A DNA stretch of 64,000 nt from Saccostrea cucullata. Lineage: Eukaryota. The first letter of the stretch is position 1. Every line of letters begins with the position of its first letter. The notes beneath the pieces are model-generated. The model saw nothing but the letters and a program-made list of their open reading frames with translations, was not told where the DNA came from and made no database searches. Shown here piece after piece: positions 63,710 to 64,000 of the stretch. The stretch is from the NCBI RefSeq assembly GCF_032062105.1, contig NW_026938676.1, positions 1 to 64,000 of the forward strand, given 5' to 3'. Made by a program: the position numbers and the translations under genes.

Positions 63710-64000
63710 TCAGATTGTAGTCTCCACTTTGGCCTGGAGAGTGGGGCTACGCGGCAAGGTGCCATTTTTCTTGGCAGAGGAAGATCGTAGATGTAGGTGA
63801 TGTGAGAGAGAGGCCACCTCTTTATCGTACTGTTCCTGAATGTAGCTGTTCATGGCCAGGAAGATGTAGAGGTAGTCCTCCGGACTCCCTATCACGCCTG
63901 GTCGCTTCTTGTGGTACAGCTTACACAGATGGTACACATCGATTGTCTTGTCATGATTCAGCTGGTCCAACAGAGAAGACAGAATGCAGAATCGAGCTCC
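63710..64000 (-). CDS. C-terminal end of a receptor-type protein tyrosine phosphatase (D2 domain end and tail; PTP99A/PTPRG-like); gene continues beyond the window
   Basis: GARFCILSSLLDQLNHDKTIDVYHLCKLYHKKRPGVIGSPEDYLYIF fits the PTP D2 C-terminal pattern (FC..L..QL....VDVY...K....RPG.....Y); ends KVETTI*. Confidence 0.8.
   Translation of the reverse strand, partial: GARFCILSSLLDQLNHDKTIDVYHLCKLYHKKRPGVIGSPEDYLYIFLAMNSYIQEQYDKEVASLSHHLHLRSSSAKKNGTLPRSPTLQAKVETTI

Overview
AT-rich, intron-containing animal DNA. The repeat types (HINE/Helentron elements with oyster-like satellite cores, V-domain SINE, dense Penelope-like fragments) and a multi-C1q gene pair point to a bivalve, most likely an oyster. 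Host genes rebuilt by hand from splice sites: (1) the 3' part of a multi-C1q gene; (2) a paralog with signal peptide and three C1q domains, one exon decayed; (3) a 216-aa type-I membrane protein with a Cys-rich ectodomain; (4) a 115-aa single-pass membrane protein; (5) a divergent SAT/SSAT-family acetyltransferase (161 aa); (6) complete SMU1 (513 aa, 12 exons); (7) an N-domain-only TIMP (155 aa); (8) the end of a receptor PTP (PTP99A/PTPRG-like). SAT intron 2 holds a nested stack: a Crypton tyrosine-recombinase element with palindromic loxP-like sites, split by a near-intact LINE (11-bp TSD, 2A StopGo motif), itself split by a 3.1-kb TIR element. SMU1 intron 1 holds a second stack (AcademH-like > Sola1-like > SINE and a palindromic element). 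Many Penelope-like RT fragments end in the same foldable ~95-nt RNA motif that has no hammerhead core. All coordinates were read by eye, and repeat boundaries without a TSD are approximate.
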